Shown: in pieces, positions 1 to 11,116 of the stretch
Position numbering within the stretch: the first letter of the stretch is position 1
Layout: each line of letters opens with the position of its first letter
Assembly (NCBI GenBank): GCA_002269645.1
Contig: NIVC01003069.1
Coordinates: forward strand, 1 to 36,136
Length of the DNA: 36,136 nucleotides
Direction: 5' to 3'
Source: Macrostomum lignano
Lineage: Eukaryota
Made by a program: the position numbers and the translations under genes
Notes under the pieces: model-generated
The model's database searches: none
Told to the model about the DNA's origin: nothing
What the model saw: only the letters and a program-made list of their open reading frames with translations

Positions 1-200
1 TGAGCCTGCGGCCCGACGCCCAGACCTGCCGGCTGTGAGTGCCGGCCCGGCAAGCTGTACAGATCGTGCTTGTGGCCGTCAGCCAGACCGACGCCGCCAA
101 GAAGGAGGCCGGCGGCTGCGGAAGAGCGCGGCTCCGAGCAGGAGCAGCAGATCTGCCTGTACCCCGACGAACAGATGAGACTTTCAGCGAGCCCGTGGAG
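1..200 (+). CDS. Multi-FN3/thioredoxin-like gene, exon 1 of the visible part (5' partial; end of an FN3 repeat; contains apparent frameshifts)
   Basis: Combining frames gives ...CRPGKLY(Q)IVLVAVSQ...DETFSEPVE, resembling the later FN3 segment CRASRHYRVQLVALS. Donor GAG|GTAAGC at 201 is phase 0 and joins 3696 to give ETFSEPVE|VRVPG. Confidence 0.75.
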
Positions 201-245
201 GTAAGCGGCGAGACTTGGACAGGAATTCTAGGCTCATTGGTCTAG

Positions 246-3200
246 GACCCATTGAGAATCGCCTCCGCTTCAGAGATCCCATTGAGAATCGCCTCCGCTT
301 CCAGAGATCCCATTGAGAATCGCCCCCGCTTCCAGTGACCCATTGAGAATCGCCCCGCTTCAGAGACCCCATGAGAATCGCCACGCTTCCAGAGACCCCA
401 TTGAGAATCGGCCCCGCTTCCAGTGACCCCATTGAGAATCGCCCCCGCTTCCAGAGACCCCCATTGAGAATCGCCCACGCTTCCAGAGACCCCATTGAGA
501 ATCGGCCCCGCTTCCAGTGACCCCCATTGAGAATCGCCCCCGCTTCCAGAGACCCCATGAGAATCGCCACGCTTCCAGAGACCCCATTGAGAATCGGCCC
601 GCTTCCAGTGACCCCCATTGAGAATCGCCCCCGCTTCAGAGACCCATTGAGAATCGGCCCCGCTTCCAGAGACCCCATTGAGAATCGGCCCCGCTTCCAG
701 AGACCCACATTGAGAATCGCCCCGCTTCCAGAGCCATTGAGAATCGCCCCGCTTCCAGTGACCACATTGAGAATCGCCCCCGCTTCCAGAGACCCCATTG
801 AGAATCGCCCCCGCTTCCAGAGACCCATTGAGAATCGCCTCCACCCAGAGCCCCCATTGAGAATCGTCCCCACTCCAGAGAATCTCCATTGAGAATCGCC
901 CCCGCTTCCAGAGACACCCATTAAGAATCGCCCTCGCTTCCAGAGATCCCCATTGAGAATCGCCCCCGCTTCCAGAGACCCCCATTGAGAATCGCCCCCG
1001 CTTCCAGAGACCCCCATTGAGAATCGCCCCCGCTTCCAGTGACCCCCATTGAGAATTGCCCCCACCCAGAGACCCCCATTGAGAATCGTCCCCACTCCAG
1101 AGAATCTCCATTGAGAATCGCCCTCGCTTCCAGAGATCCCATTGAGAATCGCCCCGCTTTCAGTGACCCCATTGAGAATCGCCCCCGCTTCCAGAGACCC
1201 CATTGAGAATCGGCCCCGCTTCCAGAGACCCACATTGAGAATCGCCCTCGCTTCCAGTGACCCCATTGAGAATCGCCCCGCTTCCAGAGCCCCATTGAGA
1301 ATCGCCTCCACCCAGAGACCCCCATTGAGATCGGCCCCGCTTCCAGAGACCCACATTGAGAATCGCCCCGCTTCCAGAGACCCATTGAGAATCGCCCCGC
1401 TTCCAGTGACCCACATGAGAATCGCCCCGCTTCCAGAGCCCCATTGAGAATCGCCCCCGCTTCCAGAGACCCCCATTGAGAATCGCCCCGCTTCCAGAGA
1501 CCCCATTGAGAATCGCCCCGCTTCCAGTGACCCCCATTGAGAATTGCCCCACCCAGAGACCCCCATTGAGAATCGTCCCCACTCCAGAGAATCTCCATTG
1601 AGAATCGCCCCCGCTTTCAGTGACCCCCATTGAGAATCGCCCCGCTTCCAGAGACCCATTGAGAATCGGCCCCACTCCAGAGAATCTCCATTGAGAATCG
1701 CCCTCGCTTCAGTGACCCCCATTGAGAATCGCCCCCGCTTCCAGAGACCCCATTGAGAATCGGCCCCGCTTCCAGAGACCCACATTGAGAATCGCCCCCG
1801 CTTCCAGAGACCCCATTGAGAATCGGCCCCGCTTCCAGAGACCCACATTGAGAATCGCCCCCGCTTCCAGAGACCCATTGAGAATCGCCCCCGCTTCCAG
1901 AGACCCCATTGAGAATCGCCCCGCTTCAGAGACCCCCATTGAGAATCGCCCCGCTTCCAGAGACCCCCATTGAGAATCGCCTCCACCCCAGAGACCCCCA
2001 TTGAGAATCGTCCCCACTCCAGAGAATCTCCATTGAGAATCGCCCCGCTCCAGAGACACCATTAAGAATCGCCCTCGCTTCCAGAGATCCCCATTGAGAA
2101 TCGCCCCCGCTTCCAGAGACCCCATTGAGAATCGCCCCGCTTCCAGAGCCCCATTGAGAATCGCCCCCGCTTCCAGTGACCCCATTGAGAATTGCCCCCA
2201 CCCAGAGACCCCCATTGAGAATCGTCCCACTCCAGAGAATCTCCATTGAGAATCGCCCTCGCTTCCAGAGATCCCCATTGAGAATCGCCCCGCTTTCAGT
2301 GACCCCCATTGAGAATCGGCCCCGCTTCCAGAGACCCCATTGAGAATCGCCCCGCTTCCAGTGACCCCCATTGAGAATCGCCCCCGCTTCCAGAGACCCC
2401 ATTGAGAATCGCCCCCGCTTCCAGAGACCCCCATTGAGAATCGCCCCCGCTTCCAGAGACCCCCATTGAGAATCGCCCGCTTCCAGAGACCCCATTGAGA
2501 ATCGCCCCGCTTCCAGAGACCCCCATTGAGAATCGCCCCCACCCAGAGACCCCATTGAGAATCGCCCCACCCAGAGACCCCCATTGAGAATCGCCCCACC
2601 CAGAGACCCCCATTGAGAATCGCCCCGCTTCCAGAGATCCCCATTGAGAATCGCCCCGCTTCCAGAGACCCCATTGAGAATCGCCCACGCTTCCAGAGAC
2701 CCCCATTGAGAATCGCCCCGCTTCCAGAGACCCCCATTGAGAATCGCCCGCTTCCAGAGACCCCATTGAGAATCGGCCCCGCTTCCAGAGACCCCATTGA
2801 GAATCGCCCCGCTTCCAGAGACCCCCATTGAGAATCGCCCCGCTTCCAGAGACCCCCATTGAGAATCGCCCCACCCAGAGACCCCATTGAGAATCGCCCC
2901 CTCCAGAGACCCCATTGAGAATCGCCCCGCTTCCAGAGACCCCATTAAGAATCGCCCCGCTTCCAGAGACCCCATTGAGAATCGCCCCGCTTCCAGAGAC
3001 CCCATTGAGAATCGCCCCCACCCAGAGACCCCCATTGAGAATCGCCCACCCAGAGACCCCCATTGAGAATCGCCCCGCTTCCAGAGATCCCCATTGAGAA
3101 TCGCCCCGCTTCCAGAGACCCCATTGAGAATCGCCCGCTTCCAGAGACCCCCATTGAGAATCGCCCCGCTTCCAGAGACCCCATTGAGAATCGCCCCCCC

Positions 3201-3690
3201 AGAGACCCCCATTGAGAATCGTCCCCACTCCAGAGAATCTCCATTGAGAATCGCCCCGCTTCCAGAGACACCCATTAAGAATCGCCCTCGCTTCCAGAGA
3301 CCCCATTGAGAATCGTCCCCACCCCAGAGAATCTCCATTGAGAATCGCCCCGCTTCCAGAGACACCCATTAAGAATCGCCCTCGCTTTCAGTGACCCCCA
3401 TTGAGAATCGCCCCCACCCCAGAGACCCCCATTGAGAATCGCCCCCACCCAGTGACCCCATTGAGAATCGCCCCCACCCCAGAGACCCCCATTGAGAATC
3501 GCCCCCACCCCAGAGACCCCATTGAGAATCGCCCCCGCTTCCAGTGACCCCCATTGAGAATCGCCCCCACCCCAGAGACCCCATTGAGAATCGCCCACCC
3601 AGAGACCCCATTGAGAATCGCCCCACCCAGAGACCCCCATTGAGAATCGCCCCCACTCCAGAGAATCTCCATTGAGAATCGCCCCACCCC
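246..3690. repeat. Minisatellite, ~30-31 bp unit CCCCATTGAGAATCGCCCCCGCTTCCAGAGA, roughly 110 copies (intron 1)
   Basis: Directly visible; fills almost the whole intron. Confidence 0.98.
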
Positions 3691-3695
3691 CTCAG

Positions 3696-4869
3696 GTGCG
3701 GGTGCCGGGAGGTCAGCTGGCCGCAATCCGCGAGATCTCCGCCGAGTTTCACCTGCCAGACGGTGACGAAGCAGGTGGCGCAGGCGTCGGCGAGGTGCGG
3801 CTGCGCTGGACTCTGGACGACGAGTTCCAAGGCCAGGTGAAGCAGTTCAACGTCACCTGGAGCACCGACCGGGAGGCGGCGCGGGCGCAGCGCCGGGTGC
3901 TGACGACGCCGCCACCAGTGCAGCACTGGAGTGCTCTGAGCGCGGCGCCGTCGTCACGGCCGCCTGGAGGCGCTGCTGACCCGGGAGACCGCGAGCCGAT
4001 CGTCCAGCAGGTGCAGCTCACCACGCCGGGGCCGCCGGCAGCACCGCAGATTTTCCTGGACGCGATGTCGGACCGGGAGATCGTCGTCGAGTGGTCGGAG
4101 CCGGCGCTGTTCGGCAGCGTTGGCGTCGCCGGCTACCAGCTGCTGGTGAATGGTAAGGCGGCCGGCGAGCCGCTGGAGCCGACACACCGCCGGGCCGTGA
4201 TTCCCTGCCGGGCCAGCAGGCACTACCGGGTGCAGCTGGTGGCGCTGTCCGCCCACCGCGACTTTCCCGACTCGCCACCGTCCGCGCCGCTGTTCATCAG
4301 CACCTACCCCAACATGCCGGCCGTGTCGGAGGCGCCGCCGCCCGACTTCGCCGACGCGGAAGCCGAGGGGGACGCCCTCGCCGGCGACCTGTCGGAGATC
4401 CCGCTGACGGTCAGCGCCCGGACGGACTCGACCCTGACGGTGGAGTGGATGGCCTACCAGCCTCCGGACGGAGTCCACAGCTTCACGCTGCAGTGGTCCA
4501 GCCCGGCACAGCCGGCCGAGCGCACCGAGACGCTGGCGCACCAGGAGCGCTCCTGCCTGCTGCAGAACCTGCTGCCCGGCACCGTCTACTCCCTGCGGCT
4601 CAGCGCGCTCGACTCCAACCGCGCCGTCGTGGAGAAAAGCCGCGCCCTGCGCGCGCAGACCTGCGCCCCGATCGACACCCCCTGCTGCGCCTCCGCGCCT
4701 GCAACTTCTCCTACATCGCCGTGCACTGGACGGAGCCACGGCACTACGGAGATGCTGCCGTGGCCGGCTACAAGGTCTTCATCAACGGGTGGTGGAGGAG
4801 ACGCTGGGCGCCGGGGAGACCAGCTACACCTACTGCAAGGGCCGCTGGTGCCAGGACTACAGCTTCCAG
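3696..4869 (+). CDS. Multi-FN3 gene, exon 2 (about 4 FN3-like repeats; apparent -1 frameshifts at ~4680 and ~4789)
   Basis: Acceptor CTCAG at 3691-3695. FN3 motifs: PPAAPQI..EIVVEWSEP..GYQLLVNG..YRVQLVAL; TLTVEW..LLPGTVYSLRLSAL; after the shifts SYIAVHWTEP..GYKVFING..TYCKGRWCQDYSFQ. Donor CAG|GTGCGA at 4870 is phase 0. Confidence 0.85.
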
Positions 4870-4910
4870 GTGCGACAGTGGCTCCCGCTTGTTTTTTAGC
4901 AGAGACCCAA

Positions 4911-4998
4911 CTGACACATTACCGGCACATCTCTGACACATCACTGACACACCTCTGACACATTACCGGCACATCTCTGACACATCACTGACACACCC
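4911..4998. repeat. 44-bp tandem duplication (intron 2)
   Basis: CTGACACATTACCGGCACATCTCTGACACATCACTGACACACC begins at 4911 and at 4955. Confidence 0.9.
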
Positions 4999-5081
4999 CA
5001 TTGTACATCACGAAACAAGCACATTTGACAGTAACTGGCAAACAACTGACTCCCCAAAACTCCGCCCCGACACCCCTACAG

Positions 5082-5635
5082 GTGCAGGCCATCAGCAATG
5101 ACCCCCGCTTCAACAGCAAGCCCAGCGACAGCCTGCTCGTCACGTGGCCCGGCTGCCTGCCCGGCGAGCTGCGGCCCCTCGCCGGCTCCGTCAGCGGCGC
5201 CGCCCGGGTCGCCTGGCCGGCGCCGTTCCTGACGGAGGGCGTCAAGCTGAAGCAGTTCCGCCTTATCTGCAAGCTGGCCGACACGGGCCAGGTGATCCGC
5301 GTAGTCGGCCCGCTGCACCCGGAGACTCGGGAGGCGGAGGTGACGGGGCTGCGCTCGGGCACCTACCACCTGCAGCTGGAGGTGCAGCTGCACGGCACCC
5401 AGATGGCTGTGCTGTCCGCGGCCCTGACAGTGCAGCCGACTCTGACCCCGGACCCGCCGACGGTCACAGTGTCGGTGGTCGGCCTGGAGCAGCGCCGGCA
5501 ACTCGAGGCTGCTGTCTGCCGGCTGGTGAATCGGCGGGACGCCATGTGCGGCGGATCCACAACATCCACATGCTGCCGACAAAGACGCTGGAGGAGACGC
5601 AGCTGCTGGCGAAGTACACGGAGACCTACAACCAG
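5082..5635 (+). CDS. Multi-FN3 gene, exon 3 (FN3 repeat plus start of a helical insert; apparent -1 frameshift at ~5540)
   Basis: Acceptor CTACAG ends at 5081, giving DYSFQ|VQAISNDP. Motifs ARVAWPAP..LRSGTYHLQLEV. Donor CAG|GTGAGA at 5636 is phase 0. Confidence 0.85.
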
Positions 5636-5660
5636 GTGAGAGAGGGCTGCTGATAACAGC

Positions 5661-6045
5661 AACACCCTTATCAACACCCTCATCCACACCCTCATCGACA
5701 TCATCATCGACATCCTCTTCCGACATACTCATAGAACATCCTCATCGACATCCTCGTCCGACACCCTCATCCAACATCCTCATCCGAAATCCTCATCGAC
5801 ATCCTCATCCGACACACTCATCGACATCCTCATCCGACACACTCATCGACATCCTCATCAACATCCTCATCCGATACACTCATCGACATCCTCATCGACA
5901 TCCTCATCCGACACACTCATCGACATCCTCATCAACATCCTCATCCGACACACTCATCGACATCCTCATCGACATCCTCATCTGACATCCTCATCGACAT
6001 CCTCATCCGACATCCTCATCTGACACACTCATCGACATCCTCATC
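5661..6045. repeat. 12-13 bp minisatellite (CATCCTCATCGA / CACACTCATCGA)
   Basis: Directly visible; starts about 25 nt after the exon 3 donor. Confidence 0.95.
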
Positions 6046-7033
6046 AGCTGGGCCTGCGCCTGTATGTCCAAGGCCCAGTAAACTGAGGCAAGGAAAGTAT
6101 TGACTGCCACTACTTTGAGTAGTGCGAACACGCCTACGCAGGATTAGTAGGCAGGAGATCCGTGTGCATTAAAATGAACACAAGAGCTCGAGTATCCTGT
6201 GCTTGCAGCGACTCCCCGACTGAATGAAACAATGAAAAGCGATTTTCAAATTTCTGAAATTATCCTGAAATAAATAAATAGTTCGCGAATCAACTCAGGC
6301 TTTCGTCACGCTTGAGTAGAAATCCAGAATTATCAATTCAATTAATCGTCAGACTCAGTTGCTGAGCAGGCAGTGCCTAAATTTAAATTCTATTTGCGCG
6401 AGAGCATGAAATTCTCGTGCCGGTTTTCCTGCCATTTTCCGAGCTTCCCTTGTCAAGAACAGATCTCTGGGGAATGTTTATGTGTTTTCAAATGATGCTT
6501 TAACGAACTGTTGAATGAAGACAACCATCTGCAGAACTCCCACTCAACTGTCCGCATGAGGAGCCTTCGATTTCTTAGAAAGTCTTCCCGCATCTTCATC
6601 TAGCAGTTAGAGATTTCATAATCGAGGTTTAGATTGACGTTATTTTCTTAGCAGACGCTTCTTGCCGGTTTTCACCATAAAGTAATCGTGATTGACTCAT
6701 AGCTTTGAAGAGTTTCTTACACTGGGAAATAAATCCCTGTCTTCATTAAAAGCCTCATTAATTTTTTAATTGAAATTTCTTCACGTAAGACACGCTCGAG
6801 CAGAAGCAGATGAAGCTAAGAAAGAGGCGGATTGCTTTTTAGTCCAGAAATCATTAGCAAGTGGGGAGGCTGCAGTCGGGTGGGCTGGAAGCCCCGCCCC
6901 CAGAATCCTCACCCCCTCATCTGTCTGGAGGCTGCACAGCAAACGATGAATCTGCATAATTCATTTTGCTGCACTTTTTCGGCCGGGAAGCGAGCTGGCT
7001 GAGTGCTTGGCGCGCCCCGCTGAGCACAGCTTT

Positions 7034-7415
7034 AATCCCTGCGGCAGGTGGGAGCGCCAGTTCATCTGAGGCAGCTGGGGATTTCAGTAATCTGTTTGCT
7101 GTGCCAGCTTCAATCCCTGCGGCAGGTGGGAGCGCCGGTTCATCTGAGGCAGCTGGGGATTTCAGTAATCTGTTTGCTGTGGCAGCTTCAATCCCTGCGG
7201 CAGGTGGGAGCGCCAGTTCATCTGAGGCAGCTGGGGATTTCAGTAATCTGTTTGCTGTGCCAGCTTCAATCCCTGCGGCAGGTGGGAGCGCCGGTTCATC
7301 TGAGGCAGCTGGGGATTTCAGTAATCTGTTTGCTGTGGCAGCTTCAATCCCTGCGGCAGGTGGGAGCGCCAGTTCATCTGAGGCATCTGGGGATTTCAGT
7401 AATCTGTTTGCTGTG
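7034..7415. repeat. 78-bp tandem repeat, 5 copies, alternating A/B variants
   Basis: AATCCCTGCGGCAGG recurs at 7034, 7112, 7190, 7268 and 7346. Confidence 0.95.
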
Positions 7416-7497
7416 GCGGCTGCCTCGGCATGCGCGCTCAGCTGATGCGGGTTGCCCTTCAACTGTGCACTGAATGACCCCGCCGCCACCCGCGCAG

Positions 7498-7838
7498 ATC
7501 ATGGACTCCCTGGAGGACTGCTTCAAGTCGCTGGAGGCCTACACTGGAGAGCTCGTGCTGCAGGTGTCCTGGGCCTGCCCGCAGTCCAACCAGGAGGTGC
7601 CGCTGTCGGGCTACCGGGTTCTGGTGGACGGCCGGCAGTACGGCTCGGCGCTGCATCAGGGCATGTCCAGCGTGCGGATCAAGCTGAGCACAGACCGGCC
7701 CAGTCACGCAGTCAGCATGGTGGCGCTGTGCGAGTCCCAGGGCACACAGTCACCGGAGAGCAACGTAGTCGAGGTGCTGACAGACCCGTTCCAGCCCATG
7801 GCCTTCTACTGCATTCACGAGGTTCACTGCGGAGAGAA
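7498..7838 (+). CDS. Multi-FN3 gene, exon 4 (FN3 repeat)
   Basis: Acceptor CGCAG ends at 7497. IMDSLEDCFKSLEAYTGELVLQVSW..PLSGYRVLVDG..SPESNVVEVLT. Donor AA|GTGAGT at 7839 is phase 2. Confidence 0.9.
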
Positions 7839-7848
7839 GTGAGTCCTG

Positions 7849-9109
7849 TTACTGAGAAGTCGAGTTGCTGAGTCTAGTTGCTGAGTCTAGTTACTGAGTC
7901 TAGTTGCTGAGTCTAGTTACTGAGTCTAATTGCTGAGTCGAGTCGCTGAGTCGAGTCGCTGAGTCTAGTCGCTGAGTCTAGTTGCTGAGTCTAATTGCTG
8001 AGTCGAGTTGCCGAGTCTAGTTACTGAGTCTAGTCGCTGAGTCTAGTCGCTGAGTCTAGTCGCTGAGTCTAGTCGCTGAGTCTAGTTGCTGAGTCTAGTC
8101 GCTGAGTCTAGTCGCTGAGTCTAGTCGCTGAGTCTAGTTGCTGAGTCTAATTGCTGAGTCTAGTTACTGAGTCTAGTCGCTGAGTCTAGTTACTGAGTCT
8201 AGTCGCTGAGTCTAGTTGCTGAGTCTAGTTGCTGAGTCTAGTTGCTGAGTCTAGTTGCTGAGTCTAGTTGCTGAGTCTAGTAGCTGAGTCTAGTTGCTGA
8301 GTCTAGCTGCTGAGTCTAGTTGCTGAGTCTAGCTGCTGAGTCTAGTTGCTGAGTCTAGTTGCTGAGTCTAGTTGCTGAGTCAAGTTGCTGAATCTAGTTG
8401 CTGAGTCTAGTTGCTGAGTTTAGTTGCTGAGTCTAGTTGCTGAGTCGAGTTGCTGAGTCTAGCTGCTGAGTCTACTTGCTGAGTCTAGTTGCTGAATCTA
8501 GTTGCTGAGTCTAGTTGCTGAGTTTAGTTGCTGAGTCTAGTTGCTAAGTCTAGTTGCTGAGTCTAGTTGCTGAGTCTAGTTGCTGAGTCTAGTTGCTGAG
8601 TCTAGCTGCTGAGTCTAGTTGCTGAGTCTAGTCGCTGAGTCTAGTTGCTGAGTCTAGTAGCTGAGTCTAGTTGCTGAGTCTAGCTGCTGAGTCTAGTTGC
8701 TGAGTCTAGCTGCTGAGTCTTGTTGCTGAGTCTAGTTGCTGAGTCTAGTTGCTGAGTCAAGTTGCTGAATCTAGTTGCTGAGTCTAGTTGCTGAGTTTAG
8801 TTGCTGAGTCTAGCTGCTGAGTCTAGTTGCTGAGTCTAGCTGCTGAGTCTACTTGCTGAGTCTAGTTGCTGAATCTAGTTGCTGAGTCTAGTTGCTGAGT
8901 TTAGTTGCTGAGTCTAGTTGCTAAGTCTAGTTGCTGAGTCGAGTTGCTGAGTCTAGTTGCTGAGTCTAGTTGCTGAGTCTAGCTGCTGAGTCTAGTTGCT
9001 GAGTCTAGTCGCTGAGTCTAGTTGCTGAGTCTAGTAGCTGAGTCTAGTTGCTGAGTCTAGCTGCTGAGTCTAGTTGCTGAGTCTAGCTGCTGAGTCTAGC
9101 TGCTGAGTC
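7849..9109. repeat. 13-bp minisatellite GTTGCTGAGTCTA, roughly 95 copies (intron 4)
   Basis: Directly visible; starts about 10 nt after the exon 4 donor. Confidence 0.98.
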
Positions 9110-10192
9110 GGGCCAGAGTTCGCCAAGTCAGGCCCCTCTGCGCACTGAAGTTCAACCGAAACGAAGTGAGAAGTTAACTTGGGTGACTTCTGTTTATTTT
9201 TGCCGAATGCTGCGGCCTGGGCAATCAGGGAAATCAGGGATTACGGGAGGGCTCAGCTAGCAAATCCCCCTGTAGGAACAATGGCGAAGAAGGCGGCAGG
9301 GTCGCTTCGCGATCAGCGGCTGCCCAGCTTTCTAGGAAAAGCAGCTCCTTCGCCGCAAGCTGGCGCCGCCACAGCCGGCTGTGAATGATCCCATAGGCAC
9401 AATGGCTCTGAATGGGGAAGATATCCCCCTGCTCTCCGAGGCTCTCTGCCTGTCTTGTCTCCCCGATCCCCTGCACGGAATTCCTGTCAGGCAGCGGCCG
9501 CCCCTGGGGGCCTCCCGCAGTCAACTCGCATTAGCGTCGCACCCCGCAGCGTCCCACCCTCTGAGGCTGTAGGAAATCCCGAATTTGCTTTGAGTGCCTG
9601 AGCTGGCTGCAGCACAATGGGATGTGGGATACGCAAATTGGGGCTTGGGGAACTGGCAGCCGGGAGTCCCAGAGAAGCGCGAATTACGACAGGAAGATGG
9701 CGGAACGGGCAGGCGGCAGTGTCATGGGGGGGGGAATGTCGCCTCGTCCGCGATGCCATTTTTGGCGGAGGCCGTCAGAGGAAGCGCGCGTTTTGCTGCG
9801 TCATTCAGGCGGCTTTGGCGGAAGGAAGGAATTCGTGCGAGGCGCCTGGCATTCATTTCTGTGTCATTCTTGTGAAGCTTTTCAGTTTGAATAGTGAAGC
9901 CTTTTCAGGGCGCTGAACTGAACCAGATTGATCAGCGCTGCTTGTTGGGCTGAACTGCTTCTAATGCGCTGGGCAACTCTGGAATCTGGAATGCGGCTGA
10001 GGCTGATGGGAGAGAGGGTGAGAGAAGAGAGGGATAGAGGGAGACAGATTAGATGAAGATTAGATACATATGAAAAGATAGAGAGAGGGACAGAGGTGGA
10101 TAGATTAGATACAAGTGATGGAGAGAGATGGGATGAAACGGCAGGAGTCTGAGCACTGTCTATCCAAGGCTCCGCACCCCCCGCTGTCGCAG

Positions 10193-10602
10193 GTGGCCCA
10201 AGAAGGGCTGCTGCCTGTACCAGGAGACGCTGGCGGTGGAGCGCCGCAACTTCCTGAACTACTACAACCCGGGCTTCCTCAACCAATTCGTGCCGGCCCC
10301 GGCCGCCCACGTGCAGCAGCTGCCTGGCGGGGAGCGGCAGCGGCTGTTCCCGCCAGGCGGCCCGAAGAGCGTCACGCTGCTGTGCTTCTGGACCCGCTGG
10401 TGCGTGGCCTCCATCCGCTACGTCAAGTTCTTCGTCCGCCTGGCCGCCGAACTGCGTAGGCAATTCGACTTCGTTGCCATAGCAACGCAGCGGTTCGACA
10501 ATGCGCACGAGCGGAGCGCCCTGCAGCACTGCATCAAGGAGCTGGCGCTGGAGACTGACGGACTCACCCACGTCTATGCTGTTGACCGGGTCAAAGGGTC
10601 AA
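10193..10602 (+). CDS. Multi-FN3 gene, exon 5 (N-terminal half of the thioredoxin-like domain)
   Basis: Acceptor TCGCAG ends at 10192 and is phase 2 (AA|G = K). SVTLLCFWTRWCVASIRYVKFFVRLAAELRRQFDFVAIA. The best donor is the first A|GTGAGT at 10603, phase 1, which matches exon 6. The 3' boundary is less certain than the others. Confidence 0.8.
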
Positions 10603-11116
10603 GTGAGTCATCGGGCAGGGGGCTTAAGTGAGTCATCGGACAGAGCGGTGGATCAAGGGAGTCATCGGGCAGGGAAGTGGGTCAAGTGAGTCATCGGGCA
10701 GGATAGTGGGTCAAGTGAGTCATTGGGCAGAGAAGTGGGTCAAGTGAGTCATTGGGCAGAGCGGTGGGTCAAGTGAGTCATCGGGCAGAGCGGTGGGTCA
10801 AGTGAGTCATTGGGCAGAGCGGTGGGTAAAGTGAGTCATCGGGCAGAGTGAATCATCGGGCAGTGGGTGGGTCAAGTGAGTCATCGGGCAGTGGGTGGGT
10901 CAAGTGAGTCATTGGGCAGTGGGTGAGTCAAGTGAGTTACCGGGCAGAGTGAATCATCGGGTAGGGGGTGGGTCAAGTGAGCCATCGGGCAGAGCGGTGG
11001 GTCAAGTGAGCCATCGGGCAGGATGGTGGGTCAAGTGCGTCATCGGGCAGAGCGGTGGGTCAAGTGAGTCATCGGGCAGGGCAATCCAAGGAGTCAGCAG
11101 GTCAAAGTGAGTCATT
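10596..11116. repeat. ~29-bp minisatellite GGGTCAAGTGAGTCATCGGGCAGAGCGGT (intron 5), containing the splice-donor consensus
   Basis: Directly visible; the first unit spans the predicted exon 5 donor. Confidence 0.95.

Noticed and set aside
184-3700. Many long ORFs (up to 605 aa) with GDSQWG/GAILNG/RIAP repeats
   Set aside because: They are translations of the ~30-bp intronic minisatellite in several frames on both strands, with no protein-like features.
36-5545. Programmed frameshifting or insertional RNA editing as the explanation for the -1 shifts
   Set aside because: No slippery heptamers or consistent structure. The shifts sit in base runs near the window ends, so sequencing error is far more parsimonious.
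6050-6900. AT-richer block inside intron 3 as a possible mobile-element remnant
   Set aside because: No terminal repeats, poly(A) tail or coding remnant could be recognised.
6917-7489. ORFs of 140-190 aa in several frames over the 78-bp repeat
   Set aside because: They are open only because the unit is a multiple of 3 and stop-poor, and they lie inside intron 3 with no splice support.
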